IMG/VR virus record: IMGVR_UViG_3300014204_000168
Span: 1-64,000 of that record
DNA from: an uncultured virus (IMG/VR IMGVR_UViG_3300014204_000168)
Taxonomy: Duplodnaviria; Heunggongvirae; Uroviricota; Caudoviricetes
Reading direction: 5' to 3' (one strand)
Length of the DNA stretch: 64,000 bases
Under the pieces are notes generated by a model. The model did no database searches. It was not told the DNA's origin and saw nothing but the letters and a program-made list of their open reading frames with translations. Of the stretch, positions 22,201-32,458 are shown one piece after another. The position numbers and the translations under genes are program-made. Positions within the stretch are counted from its first letter, which is position 1. Each line of letters opens with the position of its first letter.

Positions 22201-23359
22201 TGGTGATTGTGATGGTATATATAATGGTAAAACATTTGAAACAAAGTTACATTTAAATACTTCATTAACTTTATCGGGTTATACCAATTACTGTGAGTCG
22301 ATATTAGATATTTGTGATACTAATTTCAGTAGTCCAATGCAACCTACATTATATATTGATGTTGTAGATGAGACTAATACAACATCTCCTTGTTTTAGTA
22401 TTACACCAATAGTAATTTCAGACCCATGTCCAACTATAGAAACAACTATATGTGGTTGTCCATGTGCTGATTGTGATAATTCAATTAGAATAGATATAAA
22501 GAAATCACCAATAAGTTTTAATTGTGGTTCTGAATACGTTAGTTATAGTGATGTTGATGGGTATGCGGTATTTATAATGGAAAATGGTACGACTAAAGAA
22601 ACTGTATCACCTACTTGTTGTCCAGAAGGGTATTCACCAGTAGATGAAAAATCTTGTGAAACTAGATGTCAGAAAAACCCTATTCAAATACCACCACCAA
22701 TAACTTGTGATTATCCATCATATTACTATAATTGGTATGCAGTTGGTACTGGTAAATTAGCACCAATAGGGTGGCACGTACCAACTTTAGTTGAATTTAA
22801 CACATTAGTTGATTATTTAACTAATAATGGTTATAATTATGATGGTTCTATTGGTGGTACACCATTAGTTGCTAAATCATTAGCATTAGATACTTGTTGG
22901 ACTAATAGTGGTGTTGTAGGTTCTGTTGGTAATGTTGATTATGAGGAATATAGAAATAAAAGTGGTTTATCATTATTAGGAAAGGGTTATAGATTAACTA
23001 ATGGTACATATATTGGTTATAATAGTCAATTTAATAGTTGGACATCAACAGATTACAATGGAACTGACGCATATAATCGATTATTGAATAATAGTGCTAT
23101 TAATCAATTTACTGGTGCCGCTAACGATAAAAGATATGGTTGTTCTATTATTTGTATCAAAGATGATGCTATATTATCAGAAACTGGTGTTTTTGATTAT
23201 GATGGTAATCAATATGGTCAAGTAAAGATAGGTAATCAAGTGTGGATGGTTGGTAATTTAATAGTAACTCATTATAATGATGGGACACCTATAACATTAG
23301 TTCAAGATGATACCATGTGGTCTAATTTAATAACAGATGGGTATTGTATTAAACTATAA
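19253..23359 (+). CDS. Large baseplate/tail-associated protein with C-terminal FISUMP (Fib_succ_major)-like domain
   Basis: IWKSKGTRKAIEFF baseplate-like motif; PA14-like YIGLAADN segment; Cys-rich linkers; YNWYAV, GWHVPT and KIGNQVWM motifs. Confidence 0.7.
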   Translation: MGNGKIKVVGYAKRVFYDGNIEYRNFSDSLVGQQITSSDGTTLFTSGSFNVTINNDPKVSKLFKTNKFSNFVTLNTLELTETQLAVINDNIKIKLNLDKSNLSNYAYFGSLREFVRISLEHIISNWPASIFVNPLVINNVENTVENYSYDNITNISTFKTNTNTLDNKYGIKYLKNGVTLDTYTSENDKRNLTVNYNNYVISGSTGEYNIIGYTGATSSNNDYIYFQVIGNPFTGGTLNQIQYFHIKPSDVKINEFFVTLPDFEKYLLNRRTTPIYTSTFVYTVKSDEGLAIESKKQITWPSTDGYNIDFNTTNYTNFVTDLLDLSDASDSIQTNIISRFLVSNAISDFDTVSKDNDDETEQKMDKTLKIYGREFDEIKHFTDGLALVNAVSYNKQDNTPDATLKALARTLGWDLTSSLEGNDFITSFLTPSTTDFSGETTGLTPAEAEIEMWRRIILNTPWIWKSKGTRKAIEFFFKFIGAPNGLIRFNEHVYKADGKINMDTFLKVLEINTNNTDITNIPIDSDGYPKILGNTPNMYFQKAGLWYRQTAGPESNIDILGGNNPHIGPYDGGNEYMNQFRCLIPNFSSTTLIQETILTGSTNLFSNYNNGVINGILDVTSTASCATLIDWGTILSGETENCYNNNVTSGETQECPDGYVLSPDGTECLYSDSMSAVFLGDGSVITAGDTHLSYGSLGSKFYTNITNVDLPIIKRSSSPHNPYDSSNVLLPYSATSTNTFWKSRLNTIGVKGNPATSWNGFAQCYEFTEDKTYYIGLAADNYSRFYINHELIVDFSTQPDYNHSYWYVFPYDFKYGKYIIEMEGRNLDNTSSFGFEIYDPIDFATLTGATDSGSTGANVIWSTKEKRGEYFDFGPNLGWSCTTEGYVLDTCGETPVCTKLIHTDVNRPNEPISAYTFNVDWRTLYYIDNELVYTSPVFYSSSDRIDTPSQIDYTNSLQLGGDSLKLSLEFINDEVIYTKTPEVGDCDGIYNGKTFETKLHLNTSLTLSGYTNYCESILDICDTNFSSPMQPTLYIDVVDETNTTSPCFSITPIVISDPCPTIETTICGCPCADCDNSIRIDIKKSPISFNCGSEYVSYSDVDGYAVFIMENGTTKETVSPTCCPEGYSPVDEKSCETRCQKNPIQIPPPITCDYPSYYYNWYAVGTGKLAPIGWHVPTLVEFNTLVDYLTNNGYNYDGSIGGTPLVAKSLALDTCWTNSGVVGSVGNVDYEEYRNKSGLSLLGKGYRLTNGTYIGYNSQFNSWTSTDYNGTDAYNRLLNNSAINQFTGAANDKRYGCSIICIKDDAILSETGVFDYDGNQYGQVKIGNQVWMVGNLIVTHYNDGTPITLVQDDTMWSNLITDGYCIKL

Positions 23360-23393
23360 AATAATAAGTTAATATTTATAATAAAGAATAATT

Positions 23394-24995
23394 GTGAGTT
23401 GTGAAATAAATAAAATAATATTAAAAGATAATGGTACCGTATATGGTTACACTAGTCTTGATGATTTACCAAATGTTGGTGCACCATTAAATCGTGAATG
23501 TTGTTTATCATATTCTGGTCTTACATATAATGATGATTTATGTAAGTGTACTTGGAAGGATTTATCGTGTAATACAGATTATTTAAAATTAATATTTAAC
23601 CCTAATGATAATGATGGTGAAATGTTTGTTGTAAATGATGGTGATGAGTGTAGTCTTGAGGTAGAGTTTGATTATTTATTAGAATTTAATACAAATGATA
23701 TACCTGAAGAACCAAACACTTTAAATGGTTTCAATGGACTTTCATTAACAGCTACAATTGAATGTGTAGAATTAAACCCTGTTGATGAATTTATTAAATA
23801 TGAAAGTCCAAATAAATTAACAACTGTGTATTCAAATAATTTTTTAACTATAACTGATTTAGGTGATTATATTAGTGGTAATACTAATACTGGTTTAAGA
23901 CTAGTTGGTGATAATATAACTGAAACTACTAATAGGGTTATTAATTTATTAGGTGATAAAGGTTCTAGTGTTTCAGCTAACACATTTTCATCTTGTTGGA
24001 TAACACATAAATTTACAATAAATGATATTGAAACCATTAGTAAATTTACTAATAAAAAAATTAAATTAGGGATTGATATTAATAATTTAATTATTGATTT
24101 TTCATTATTAATTGATAAAATAACCGTTAATAGGGTTTGTACTCATTTAGATGTATCTAATAAATCAATTACGAAATGTCCGGGATTTAATCTAGAAAGA
24201 ATTATAGATAATAGAAAATCATGGTCTTATACTGCATCAACTGATGAAAGAAAATATGATTTATTATTAAGAGAAACAAATTATAGTGCTAATGATGATA
24301 AATTAATTATTAACACTAAAGAATTAGATTTACAAGTAGACCCAGCATTAGCCATTGAAGAAAATCTATTTTCATATCTTAAATCATCTAATGGTTGTTT
24401 ATTAACTGGTGAAACAGTTAATTTAGATAATATTTTAACTTCATCAATAGATGATATTACTTCAACTGATGAATTTACTAAATTAATTAAAAGTGAGTTA
24501 ATTGATGTTAAAAATAGACAAACAATTCAAAGTTATCCAACTTTACGATATCTATATGATAAATATATGACATCATCTGATTATAATTGCCCTATTAGTG
24601 GTAGATTTAAATACGATGATTTAATTAAATATAGTAAGTCTTTAGGTACTTATTGGATTGATATAATTGAACAATTAATACCGGCAACTACTATTTGGGG
24701 GTCATCATATATCTACCGAAATAATATATTCGATGAAAGTAAATTTAGATATAAACAATATACGTTATTTACATGTAGTGACCCAAGTTTAGATGGGATT
24801 GGTACTACAATTGCTTCAGAAACATCTGGTAATGTATCAGTTAAATACTATGAAAATGGTGTTGAAACGATTAGTTGTGATTCTCTTTATATAGTAGACA
24901 TAAATAATAGTAATGAATTCAGGGGTACAGTTATAATAACAGGTCCTAATACAATAAATAATAGTGGTAATCACATATCTTTAATATCAGATTAA
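23394..24995 (+). CDS. Putative virion structural protein
   Basis: 533 aa, GTG start, ATATTTATA upstream. Confidence 0.65.
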   Translation: MSCEINKIILKDNGTVYGYTSLDDLPNVGAPLNRECCLSYSGLTYNDDLCKCTWKDLSCNTDYLKLIFNPNDNDGEMFVVNDGDECSLEVEFDYLLEFNTNDIPEEPNTLNGFNGLSLTATIECVELNPVDEFIKYESPNKLTTVYSNNFLTITDLGDYISGNTNTGLRLVGDNITETTNRVINLLGDKGSSVSANTFSSCWITHKFTINDIETISKFTNKKIKLGIDINNLIIDFSLLIDKITVNRVCTHLDVSNKSITKCPGFNLERIIDNRKSWSYTASTDERKYDLLLRETNYSANDDKLIINTKELDLQVDPALAIEENLFSYLKSSNGCLLTGETVNLDNILTSSIDDITSTDEFTKLIKSELIDVKNRQTIQSYPTLRYLYDKYMTSSDYNCPISGRFKYDDLIKYSKSLGTYWIDIIEQLIPATTIWGSSYIYRNNIFDESKFRYKQYTLFTCSDPSLDGIGTTIASETSGNVSVKYYENGVETISCDSLYIVDINNSNEFRGTVIITGPNTINNSGNHISLISD

Positions 24996-25007
24996 TATTT
25001 ATATTAT

Positions 25008-25244
25008 ATGCCAAAATTATTAATAAATATAGAAGGTTTAATACTCGATACTAAGGTTGGGACTATTTCAAACGAAAAGTTAGTTCAAACATCTGTAGGT
25101 ATTGGTGATTATATGAAATTATTTAGATTTACTGGGTATTTTGTAGAATTATCGTATGCAACTAATGTTATAGAATATGATACACCAAAAAACTTAGGTT
25201 TAAAAAATAATACAAGTTTTATTGAATTAAATATATCATATTAA
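25008..25244 (+). CDS. Small hypothetical protein
   Basis: 78 aa, ATATTTATA upstream. Confidence 0.6.
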   Translation: MPKLLINIEGLILDTKVGTISNEKLVQTSVGIGDYMKLFRFTGYFVELSYATNVIEYDTPKNLGLKNNTSFIELNISY

Positions 25245-27085
25245 TGAGATACGAACAAAATATATATGTACAAAATGATAACTCATGCGTTAGAAATAGT
25301 GATATTTTAAATGTTAACATGAGTTCAGACATTTCAACTTTCATAACACCTAAATTTAATATTAGTGGTTGTACTAAAATAAGTGAAGAGGTTATAACTT
25401 GTACTTTTAGTGGTACTAATTATAATGATTTGGTGATATTATCAATGAATAATTGTTTTTCTGGTAATACAAGCTGTTTTGATAGTTTAATCTGGTATTT
25501 AGAGGTTAATATAGATAGTTCTATGATATATTCTGATATAATAACAACATCTAACTTAACAGCTAATACAATAACACAAGACCAAATAGATACTAGTATT
25601 ATAACTGCATTTGATGCTCTTAACTATAAATATTCATATACTGGTAGTTCATTTTCAATTCAAAAACCATATGGTGTTGAGAATTTAGAGGTATTATTAT
25701 GTTTAGATATTAATCCAATAACTGGTTGTACAATATCCGGTGATTGCCCTATGTTATGTACTATTTTATGTGGTAATGTATATCAAATCTTAAATACGGG
25801 TGATACGGGTGTTTATATTATAAATACAGCAACAACAATTGATTTAATTTTTGAATTCACAGCAAATACTGAATCGTTTATAAGTAATAATTCCACATTT
25901 GGTTATGAAATATACAAATATGATAATAACAATCATATATTCTTTGATACACCAACATATACTAGTAATGAATTTGAATATACAACGTTTAGTGCTTCAA
26001 GTGCAATAACTCAGTCAATCCCAATCAATAATTTATTGATTGATGGTGAATACATAATTAAAGGTTATAACATATATAATTATGGTACTGAATTTTTAAA
26101 TAGATTAGGGGTTAAAGGTAATACATTAAATAAAAATGGTGATTCTTATGGTTTATATAAAAAGTCTTCAGATTATTATTTCTTAGCTATAAAGGAAGCC
26201 GATAAACCAATATTTAGTTTTAATACTGTTGAATATCAAAGCGTTGGGACAATATTTGGTTATTCATTATTTCCAGATTATTCTGGGCAAACAGATTTTA
26301 TCTTTAATTATGGGTATTACGACTCACCAATAGTAACTTTAAATGGGTTAACATTAATTAATCATGTAGAATATGAATTATCATCAAATACATTAACTAT
26401 AAGTGGTGGTACCGAATTAGATGACATAATTTCAGTAATTATTATTAGTAATGGTAATAACACACATGGGTTTACAAATGATATAATAGAAGTGTCATCA
26501 CCAATTATTAGTGGTGTAACAAATAATCAAGGTAATAATATAGTATATTTTAATACTACCGAAAGTAAGTACGAGATATATACTACATTATCATCTAGTG
26601 TAAATGATAATATTGTTATCACATTAAATGGTTTAACGTTAGCACCAAATATAGATTATTATAAATCAATAACAAATCAAAAAAGAATTATATTAAATGG
26701 TGATTTAATGATTGATGATTTAATTAATATCTATTATAATAGTGGTGTTGAATATGTTGGTGATATTTTTACAAACACACCGACAATTTCTTGGGTGATA
26801 GCTAATAAACCAGAAAATATTAACGGTTTATTTACAATTGAAGTTAGTGATATATACGATACTAATTTCAATAATATATTATTTAGTGGGGAAACACAAT
26901 ATATTGAAAACCAAACAGTGTATTCATCTAATATATTACTTTCTGGTTTAGCCGGTACTAAATATATTTATAGAGTTAAAAATCAAAAAAATTACACTAC
27001 AATCATTGGTGATACTATTACAACAATAAATTATAGTGAGATAATACCAATACAAATCCAAAGTAATGCTATTAATTCATATTAA
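25244..27085 (+). CDS. Putative tail-associated structural protein
   Basis: Repeated (I/V)TLNGLTL...(D/E)Y modules; Ig/FN3-like C-terminus. Confidence 0.65.
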   Translation: MRYEQNIYVQNDNSCVRNSDILNVNMSSDISTFITPKFNISGCTKISEEVITCTFSGTNYNDLVILSMNNCFSGNTSCFDSLIWYLEVNIDSSMIYSDIITTSNLTANTITQDQIDTSIITAFDALNYKYSYTGSSFSIQKPYGVENLEVLLCLDINPITGCTISGDCPMLCTILCGNVYQILNTGDTGVYIINTATTIDLIFEFTANTESFISNNSTFGYEIYKYDNNNHIFFDTPTYTSNEFEYTTFSASSAITQSIPINNLLIDGEYIIKGYNIYNYGTEFLNRLGVKGNTLNKNGDSYGLYKKSSDYYFLAIKEADKPIFSFNTVEYQSVGTIFGYSLFPDYSGQTDFIFNYGYYDSPIVTLNGLTLINHVEYELSSNTLTISGGTELDDIISVIIISNGNNTHGFTNDIIEVSSPIISGVTNNQGNNIVYFNTTESKYEIYTTLSSSVNDNIVITLNGLTLAPNIDYYKSITNQKRIILNGDLMIDDLINIYYNSGVEYVGDIFTNTPTISWVIANKPENINGLFTIEVSDIYDTNFNNILFSGETQYIENQTVYSSNILLSGLAGTKYIYRVKNQKNYTTIIGDTITTINYSEIIPIQIQSNAINSY

Positions 27086-27138
27086 TTATTTACTTTCAAT
27101 GTATTTATTATTAAAATAAGATTAAATAAATAGATAAA

Positions 27139-29247
27139 ATGAGTTATATTATAAATTCAAACGACCCATTTGTTAGTGTTAAACTAACTGAAACTGGTAG
27201 AGAAAAATTAGCTATGGGTGGATTAAACTTCACTTATTGGGCTGTTGGTGATTCTGAAATTGATTATAATAGAGAAATTATTGTAGAAGATAACCCATCT
27301 GTTATAGCATTATCGGGTGCTAGTAAAGTATTAAGACCAAAGGACGTTCAACCAGATATTAAATATTTTGTATCAACTGGTACAAGTGTTTTAAATTCAA
27401 TGACAAATATTAGAACTGTTAAAGCAATAATTAATAATAAAGCTGAAGAAAGAGGATTCTTTACTGGTACAACAGATAGTTATTTTACATTAACAACTAA
27501 TGATTATATTAAATCAACTGGTGTAATAGAAAATACTAGTATGAGTGGTGGTACCGTAATTATAATAGAATCAGGATTAACTATTGGTGATTTTATTATG
27601 TTTAAAATAACTAACGATATTTTAGGTAATTTAGAAATAGATGCAAACGATGTTGCAGCACCAAATTTATGGTATAAAATCAAATCAATTAATAATGATG
27701 AAATAACTGTTGATAGAGAATTACCAAATATCAATTCTGGCGGTATTGTTGATATACAATATTATATATACCAATGTGGTGAAGTTAAAGATGTTTTTGG
27801 TACTGGAACAACATCAGCTTATTGGAACACAGGAACATTATCATTTGTAAATAATTGTACAGTTTCTATTAATGACTGTAAAGTGTGGTGTATGAATAGT
27901 GTGTGGAGTGAAAATATTGCTGGAATAACTGCAGTAACTTCTAGCTATGAAGATTATAAACGTTTTGGTTCATACCAATATTTAGGTGAAAAGGAAGCAT
28001 ATTTAGAATTTGGTTTAAATAATACAACAAATAATCAATTAAATACGGTAGTTTGTGATGGTACTAGTTCATTAGATACCGCAAGTAAATCACTAGCGTT
28101 AATTCATTATACTAATAACACAATTTCAAATTTCTATGGTGAGTTTTTCTATATTAATGGTGCTGAAGGTAAAATATTCGAAATTGAACTACCAACATTA
28201 ATGTATCATAGAAGAACTGCTACATCTGGTAGTGGAACAACAATGGGTATGAAATTTATAGCTACTGGGTCAACCCAAATAGTTGGTGAAAGTCAAATAC
28301 AATACGTTGATTTAATTGAAGACCCAACATTAGTAAATGGTAGAACACCATTAGTTATTGGTAGGGTTTATCCACAATTAAAAATTGTTTCAATACATGA
28401 TGAGGAAATAATAGCGGCAATGTCTTATAAATCAAATAGAAACTGGACATTACCAAGTTTAGAGGCTAAAACTAAAGCTCCATCAGCTGGTTTAACAGAA
28501 GGTATTTTAGGTCGTGATGAAACAATATACTTAACATACGCTTTAGAAAATAATACTGGTTCTGGTTTAACAAATAGTTTAATATGTCAAAAATATACTA
28601 AAGTAACTAATAGTACGGCATCATCAAAAGATATCGAATTTATTTTAGAAGATGTTGATTTATTACCATATATGAGAAAAATTGAAAATAGTGGTTATGA
28701 TGGTATTGGGTTTTATGCTTATAATTTTAAACTTTTATACCAAATAGTTAGTGATGTAAATACTAGACCATCTACAGATGCTTGGATAGAGGTTGATTTC
28801 ACAAGTTCAGCTATAACAACAAATAGTGGTGAGACAATAAACCCATCATTATTAGAAAGTCAAACACCAGCAACAAATGGTTTTATATTGACCAATGCAT
28901 TAGGTATTTCAAACTCTGGTAATATATATAGTCTGAATAATAAATTAAATATGCCCTTAAATTCAACACCGGAAGAGCTTAATTTTGGTGATGAAAGGTT
29001 TTTCTACGGTAATATTAAAACATATATCGGCTCATCAATATATAAAACTATTTTTTCAGTAAATTTAGGTGATAATTTTAATCAAACATCAAACCCAACT
29101 AAAGGTAATTCAGAAGTAGACCTTAGAGTTACAGAAGTTGGTATTTATGATACAACACAATCATTAGTAGCTATAGGTAAATTAAGTCAACCAATAGTAT
29201 TAGCTAATGGTGAAACAATAACAATCGAAATGTCGTTAGATTTTTAA
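27139..29247 (+). CDS. Putative baseplate/tail-fibre attachment protein
   Basis: N-terminal KLTETGREKLA..GDSEIDY; C-terminal TEVGIYD...LVAIGKLSQP; paralogous to next gene. Confidence 0.65.
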   Translation: MSYIINSNDPFVSVKLTETGREKLAMGGLNFTYWAVGDSEIDYNREIIVEDNPSVIALSGASKVLRPKDVQPDIKYFVSTGTSVLNSMTNIRTVKAIINNKAEERGFFTGTTDSYFTLTTNDYIKSTGVIENTSMSGGTVIIIESGLTIGDFIMFKITNDILGNLEIDANDVAAPNLWYKIKSINNDEITVDRELPNINSGGIVDIQYYIYQCGEVKDVFGTGTTSAYWNTGTLSFVNNCTVSINDCKVWCMNSVWSENIAGITAVTSSYEDYKRFGSYQYLGEKEAYLEFGLNNTTNNQLNTVVCDGTSSLDTASKSLALIHYTNNTISNFYGEFFYINGAEGKIFEIELPTLMYHRRTATSGSGTTMGMKFIATGSTQIVGESQIQYVDLIEDPTLVNGRTPLVIGRVYPQLKIVSIHDEEIIAAMSYKSNRNWTLPSLEAKTKAPSAGLTEGILGRDETIYLTYALENNTGSGLTNSLICQKYTKVTNSTASSKDIEFILEDVDLLPYMRKIENSGYDGIGFYAYNFKLLYQIVSDVNTRPSTDAWIEVDFTSSAITTNSGETINPSLLESQTPATNGFILTNALGISNSGNIYSLNNKLNMPLNSTPEELNFGDERFFYGNIKTYIGSSIYKTIFSVNLGDNFNQTSNPTKGNSEVDLRVTEVGIYDTTQSLVAIGKLSQPIVLANGETITIEMSLDF

Positions 29248-29248
29248 A

Positions 29249-30454
29249 ATGGGATATATATCAAGTTCAACAACAATGACCGTTACAGCGAGACTAACTC
29301 CATACGGAAGAAAAAAACTTTTATCAACTAGTAATGTAGACTTTGTTTCATATTTTTCACTAGGTGATTCTGACGCTAATTACCAAACAATTAAAACCTT
29401 AAGTGGTGGTGAAGTACCGGGTGATGGTGGTAACTTAAATTACTATAGTGGTTCAACTAATAGTGTAACCAATAATATTAGTGTTAGAAATAAATTAATA
29501 TATAATAGTGTTGGGGATTTATATAAACCTGTTGGTAGTGGGTCATTTGATGTTATTGAAAGTGTAGGTTATTTAGGGTTAACAACCATATCTGGTAATA
29601 CATTAGAACAAAACATAGTTAATAAGTCAAATTATACAACTGATTCATTAGTTAATCTTTTCAATACATTTGGATTACCACTAAAAAATACTGATATTAA
29701 TAAATATAATACATTAAATATTAATGGTGGTTATCTTGATACCGCTATTTCTGGGTTAGTAAATACTAATATTTTAGTTATTGCGATACCAAATTCACAA
29801 TATGGTGAAATAATTGATGGAAAAACAATTAAATTAGATATAACAACAAGTGCTGCAACATATACTTGTTATGGTACATATCAAAGAAATTATACTAGTT
29901 ATATAACACAAGATACTAATATTAGAGAAACATCTAGTGATATAACGCCAACAATTGGTGATAATATTACATTATTATTCTCAGATGTTATTAAACGACC
30001 TAATGGTACTATTACTAATAGTTGGGCAACCGGTTATGACGCAACTAAACCCTTTAGTCTTGGTAATAAGTCATTATTTAATTACACCACCAGTGTTTCA
30101 CAAGGGTATACTGCTGATACTTCAGTAGGTGTAGCTTATTTAGATAAAGGGTTTATAGTTATAACACAACCAGAAATAGTTAATAGTTTTGTTGAAGGAA
30201 TTGATTCAACAGCAACAACTATTTCATTTAATAGTATTGTAACAGATATTAGTCAATCAATAGTTTGCGATGCTCAAACAAGTGAATTTAGAAAATCTAC
30301 CAACCCAACCTTTACTTATGGTGTTGATACACCTAAATTAACTGAAATTGGGTTATATGATAAAGATAAAATGTTAGTCGCAATAGCCAAATTGAGTGAA
30401 GCTCATCTACTTAACAATATGTATTTCAGAGTAGAGGTTAAAATCACGGTATAA
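29249..30454 (+). CDS. Putative baseplate/tail-fibre attachment protein (paralogue of previous gene)
   Basis: RLTPYGRKKLL..GDSDANY; TEIGLYD...LVAIAKLSE. Confidence 0.65.
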   Translation: MGYISSSTTMTVTARLTPYGRKKLLSTSNVDFVSYFSLGDSDANYQTIKTLSGGEVPGDGGNLNYYSGSTNSVTNNISVRNKLIYNSVGDLYKPVGSGSFDVIESVGYLGLTTISGNTLEQNIVNKSNYTTDSLVNLFNTFGLPLKNTDINKYNTLNINGGYLDTAISGLVNTNILVIAIPNSQYGEIIDGKTIKLDITTSAATYTCYGTYQRNYTSYITQDTNIRETSSDITPTIGDNITLLFSDVIKRPNGTITNSWATGYDATKPFSLGNKSLFNYTTSVSQGYTADTSVGVAYLDKGFIVITQPEIVNSFVEGIDSTATTISFNSIVTDISQSIVCDAQTSEFRKSTNPTFTYGVDTPKLTEIGLYDKDKMLVAIAKLSEAHLLNNMYFRVEVKITV

Positions 30455-30475
30455 TAAATATTTAAAAAAAGTTTT

Positions 30476-30508
30476 ATGATTTTAGGATTAGATGTGTCAA
30501 CAAAATGA
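30476..30508 (+). pseudogene. Orphaned 5' stub of the RuvC-like gene (MILGLDVSTK*)
   Basis: TAGATGTGTCAACAAAA at 30489-30505 is identical to 31381-31397 in the intact gene. Confidence 0.8.
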
Positions 30509-30538
30509 TTTTCACAATTTTTAATATATTTATAATAT

Positions 30539-31318
30539 ATGGAAAATGTGAAAGTATATATTTATGGTTTAATTGACCCTATTAATAATGAAATAAGATA
30601 TGTTGGTAAAAGTGTGAATCCAATAATGAGATTAAGAAAACACATCTCAGAACGATTTAAACATGATAGTTATAAAGATAGGTGGATTAGAAAAATAATT
30701 AGTAATGATACTAAACCTGAAATAATAATTATTGATGAAGTTTTAAATGATAATTGGTGTTTTTGGGAACAATTTTATATTTCGTATTTTAAAATGGTTG
30801 GTGCTAGACTAACAAATTCTACCATTGGTGGTGACCAACCACCATCAACTAAAGGTAGGAAACATAGTGATGAAACTAAGAAGAAAATGTCTCAAAATAA
30901 AAGTGGTAAACCAATTCCATGGTTAAATGAAAAACCTAGGTCCGTAGAACACCAAAATAATTTAACTAAATCATTAAAGGGTAAAAAATCAGAAAAAACT
31001 GGTAAGACATATGAAGAAATTTATGGTGTTAATGAAGGGATTAAATTAAAGGTTAAATTAAGTGAAGCACACAAAGGTAAATATTCAGGTGATAAACATC
31101 CAATGTATGGTAAAGAACATAATAAAGAAACGAAAAATAAAATAGCTAAAGCTTTACATAAAGAAGTTATTCAATTAGATTTAGATGGTAATATAATTAA
31201 AATTTGGGAATCAATAAAGGAAGCTCAAATAGGTGTTAATATTAAAAGTGGTATTACTAAAGTTTGTAACGATAAACAAAAAACAGCTGGTAATTATAAA
31301 TGGGAATATAAAAATTAA
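30539..31318 (+). CDS. GIY-YIG homing endonuclease with NUMOD3/NUMOD1-like repeats
   Basis: YIYGLIDP..IRYVGKS..RLRKH; HSDETKKKMS; HPMYGKEH; TAGNYKWEY. Confidence 0.88.
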   Translation: MENVKVYIYGLIDPINNEIRYVGKSVNPIMRLRKHISERFKHDSYKDRWIRKIISNDTKPEIIIIDEVLNDNWCFWEQFYISYFKMVGARLTNSTIGGDQPPSTKGRKHSDETKKKMSQNKSGKPIPWLNEKPRSVEHQNNLTKSLKGKKSEKTGKTYEEIYGVNEGIKLKVKLSEAHKGKYSGDKHPMYGKEHNKETKNKIAKALHKEVIQLDLDGNIIKIWESIKEAQIGVNIKSGITKVCNDKQKTAGNYKWEYKN

Positions 31319-31322
31319 AAAT

Positions 31323-31994
31323 ATGGAAGATAAAACGTTTGAAGATAAAATTAATAAAGGGAAAAATTTTATAATGGGCCTAGATGTGTCAACAAAAACA
31401 ATTGGAGTTTCTTTATTTGAAGATAAAGGTAGAAAAGGTGAATTAAAATTATTACATCATATTGCACCAAAGGTTAAACCGAAGGTTGAAAGTAAAATGG
31501 AAGAATTATTCATTAAGTCAAACATATTTCGTGATGAATTTTTGATGAAATATACTGATATTGGTATTAAAAAGATTATAATTGAGGAACCATTATTAGG
31601 GTCTAATAATGTTAATACAGTAGCTACATTATTACGATTTAATGGTATGGTTAGTAAAGCATGTTACGATTTACTTGGTATAGTACCTGAATTTATATCA
31701 TCATATGATGCTAGAGCATATGGGTTTCCAGAATTAATGCAAAAAAGAACTGAAGATAAAAAAGGTAATAAATTCACTCCAGCTGCTATTGCTAAGAAAG
31801 ACCCGGTTTTATTTGGTGGTTATGCTTATGATATTGATAAAAAAGAGGTTATTTGGAAAAAAGTATTTGATTTGGAACCACAAATAATTTGGTTATACGA
31901 TAAAAACAAAGTCTTAATGAAGGAAAATTACGATATGACTGATGCATATGCTGCAGTTATGGGTAAAATGAGAAAAGACGGTTTATGGGACTAA
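31323..31994 (+). CDS. RuvC-like Holliday junction resolvase
   Basis: MGLDVSTKTIG, IIIEEPL, DMTDAY; ATG at 31323 preferred over GTG at 31233. Confidence 0.75.
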   Translation: MEDKTFEDKINKGKNFIMGLDVSTKTIGVSLFEDKGRKGELKLLHHIAPKVKPKVESKMEELFIKSNIFRDEFLMKYTDIGIKKIIIEEPLLGSNNVNTVATLLRFNGMVSKACYDLLGIVPEFISSYDARAYGFPELMQKRTEDKKGNKFTPAAIAKKDPVLFGGYAYDIDKKEVIWKKVFDLEPQIIWLYDKNKVLMKENYDMTDAYAAVMGKMRKDGLWD

Positions 31995-32458
31995 TATTTG
32001 GTTCCGGATATAAGTTTACAAAAGTATTTAGTTTCTTTAGAGATACAACGACAAAATTTTCTGGTATACCATTACAACCAATGTATGAACCGAAAAGAAC
32101 TAGTAGATTTCTAATTAATTTCAGGAATATTGACGAATTTTTTATATCTAGTATAAGTAAACCTAAATATAGTGAAAAATGGGAAGATATTATTATTGAA
32201 TTGTATGACCCTATACATCCATCTATGTCACAATATTTATATAATTCATTACCTAAAAAAAGGAGTATTTTTACTAGAGGACCTTTATTTTCTTTTAATA
32301 TTAAAAGTTTGGATGTGACTGGTGTTGTAATTGAAGATTGGTTAATTAATGTTAAAAGGATTAAATTGATAGATTTTGGTGAATTATCTTATGAAAATGA
32401 TGATATACAAACCATAAAGATAGTCGTTGAACCATTAAACTGTATATTAACTTTTTAA
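31985..32458 (+). CDS. Tail-tube (gp19)-like protein with FGSGYK leader
   Basis: EPKRTSRF, WEDIIIELYDPI, LDVTGVVIEDW, DFGELSY resemble T4-like tube proteins. Confidence 0.6.
   Translation: MGLIFGSGYKFTKVFSFFRDTTTKFSGIPLQPMYEPKRTSRFLINFRNIDEFFISSISKPKYSEKWEDIIIELYDPIHPSMSQYLYNSLPKKRSIFTRGPLFSFNIKSLDVTGVVIEDWLINVKRIKLIDFGELSYENDDIQTIKIVVEPLNCILTF

Noticed and set aside
22721..23170. Diversity-generating retroelement target in the FISUMP-like domain
   Set aside because: No reverse transcriptase or template repeat seen in this window; cannot be supported here
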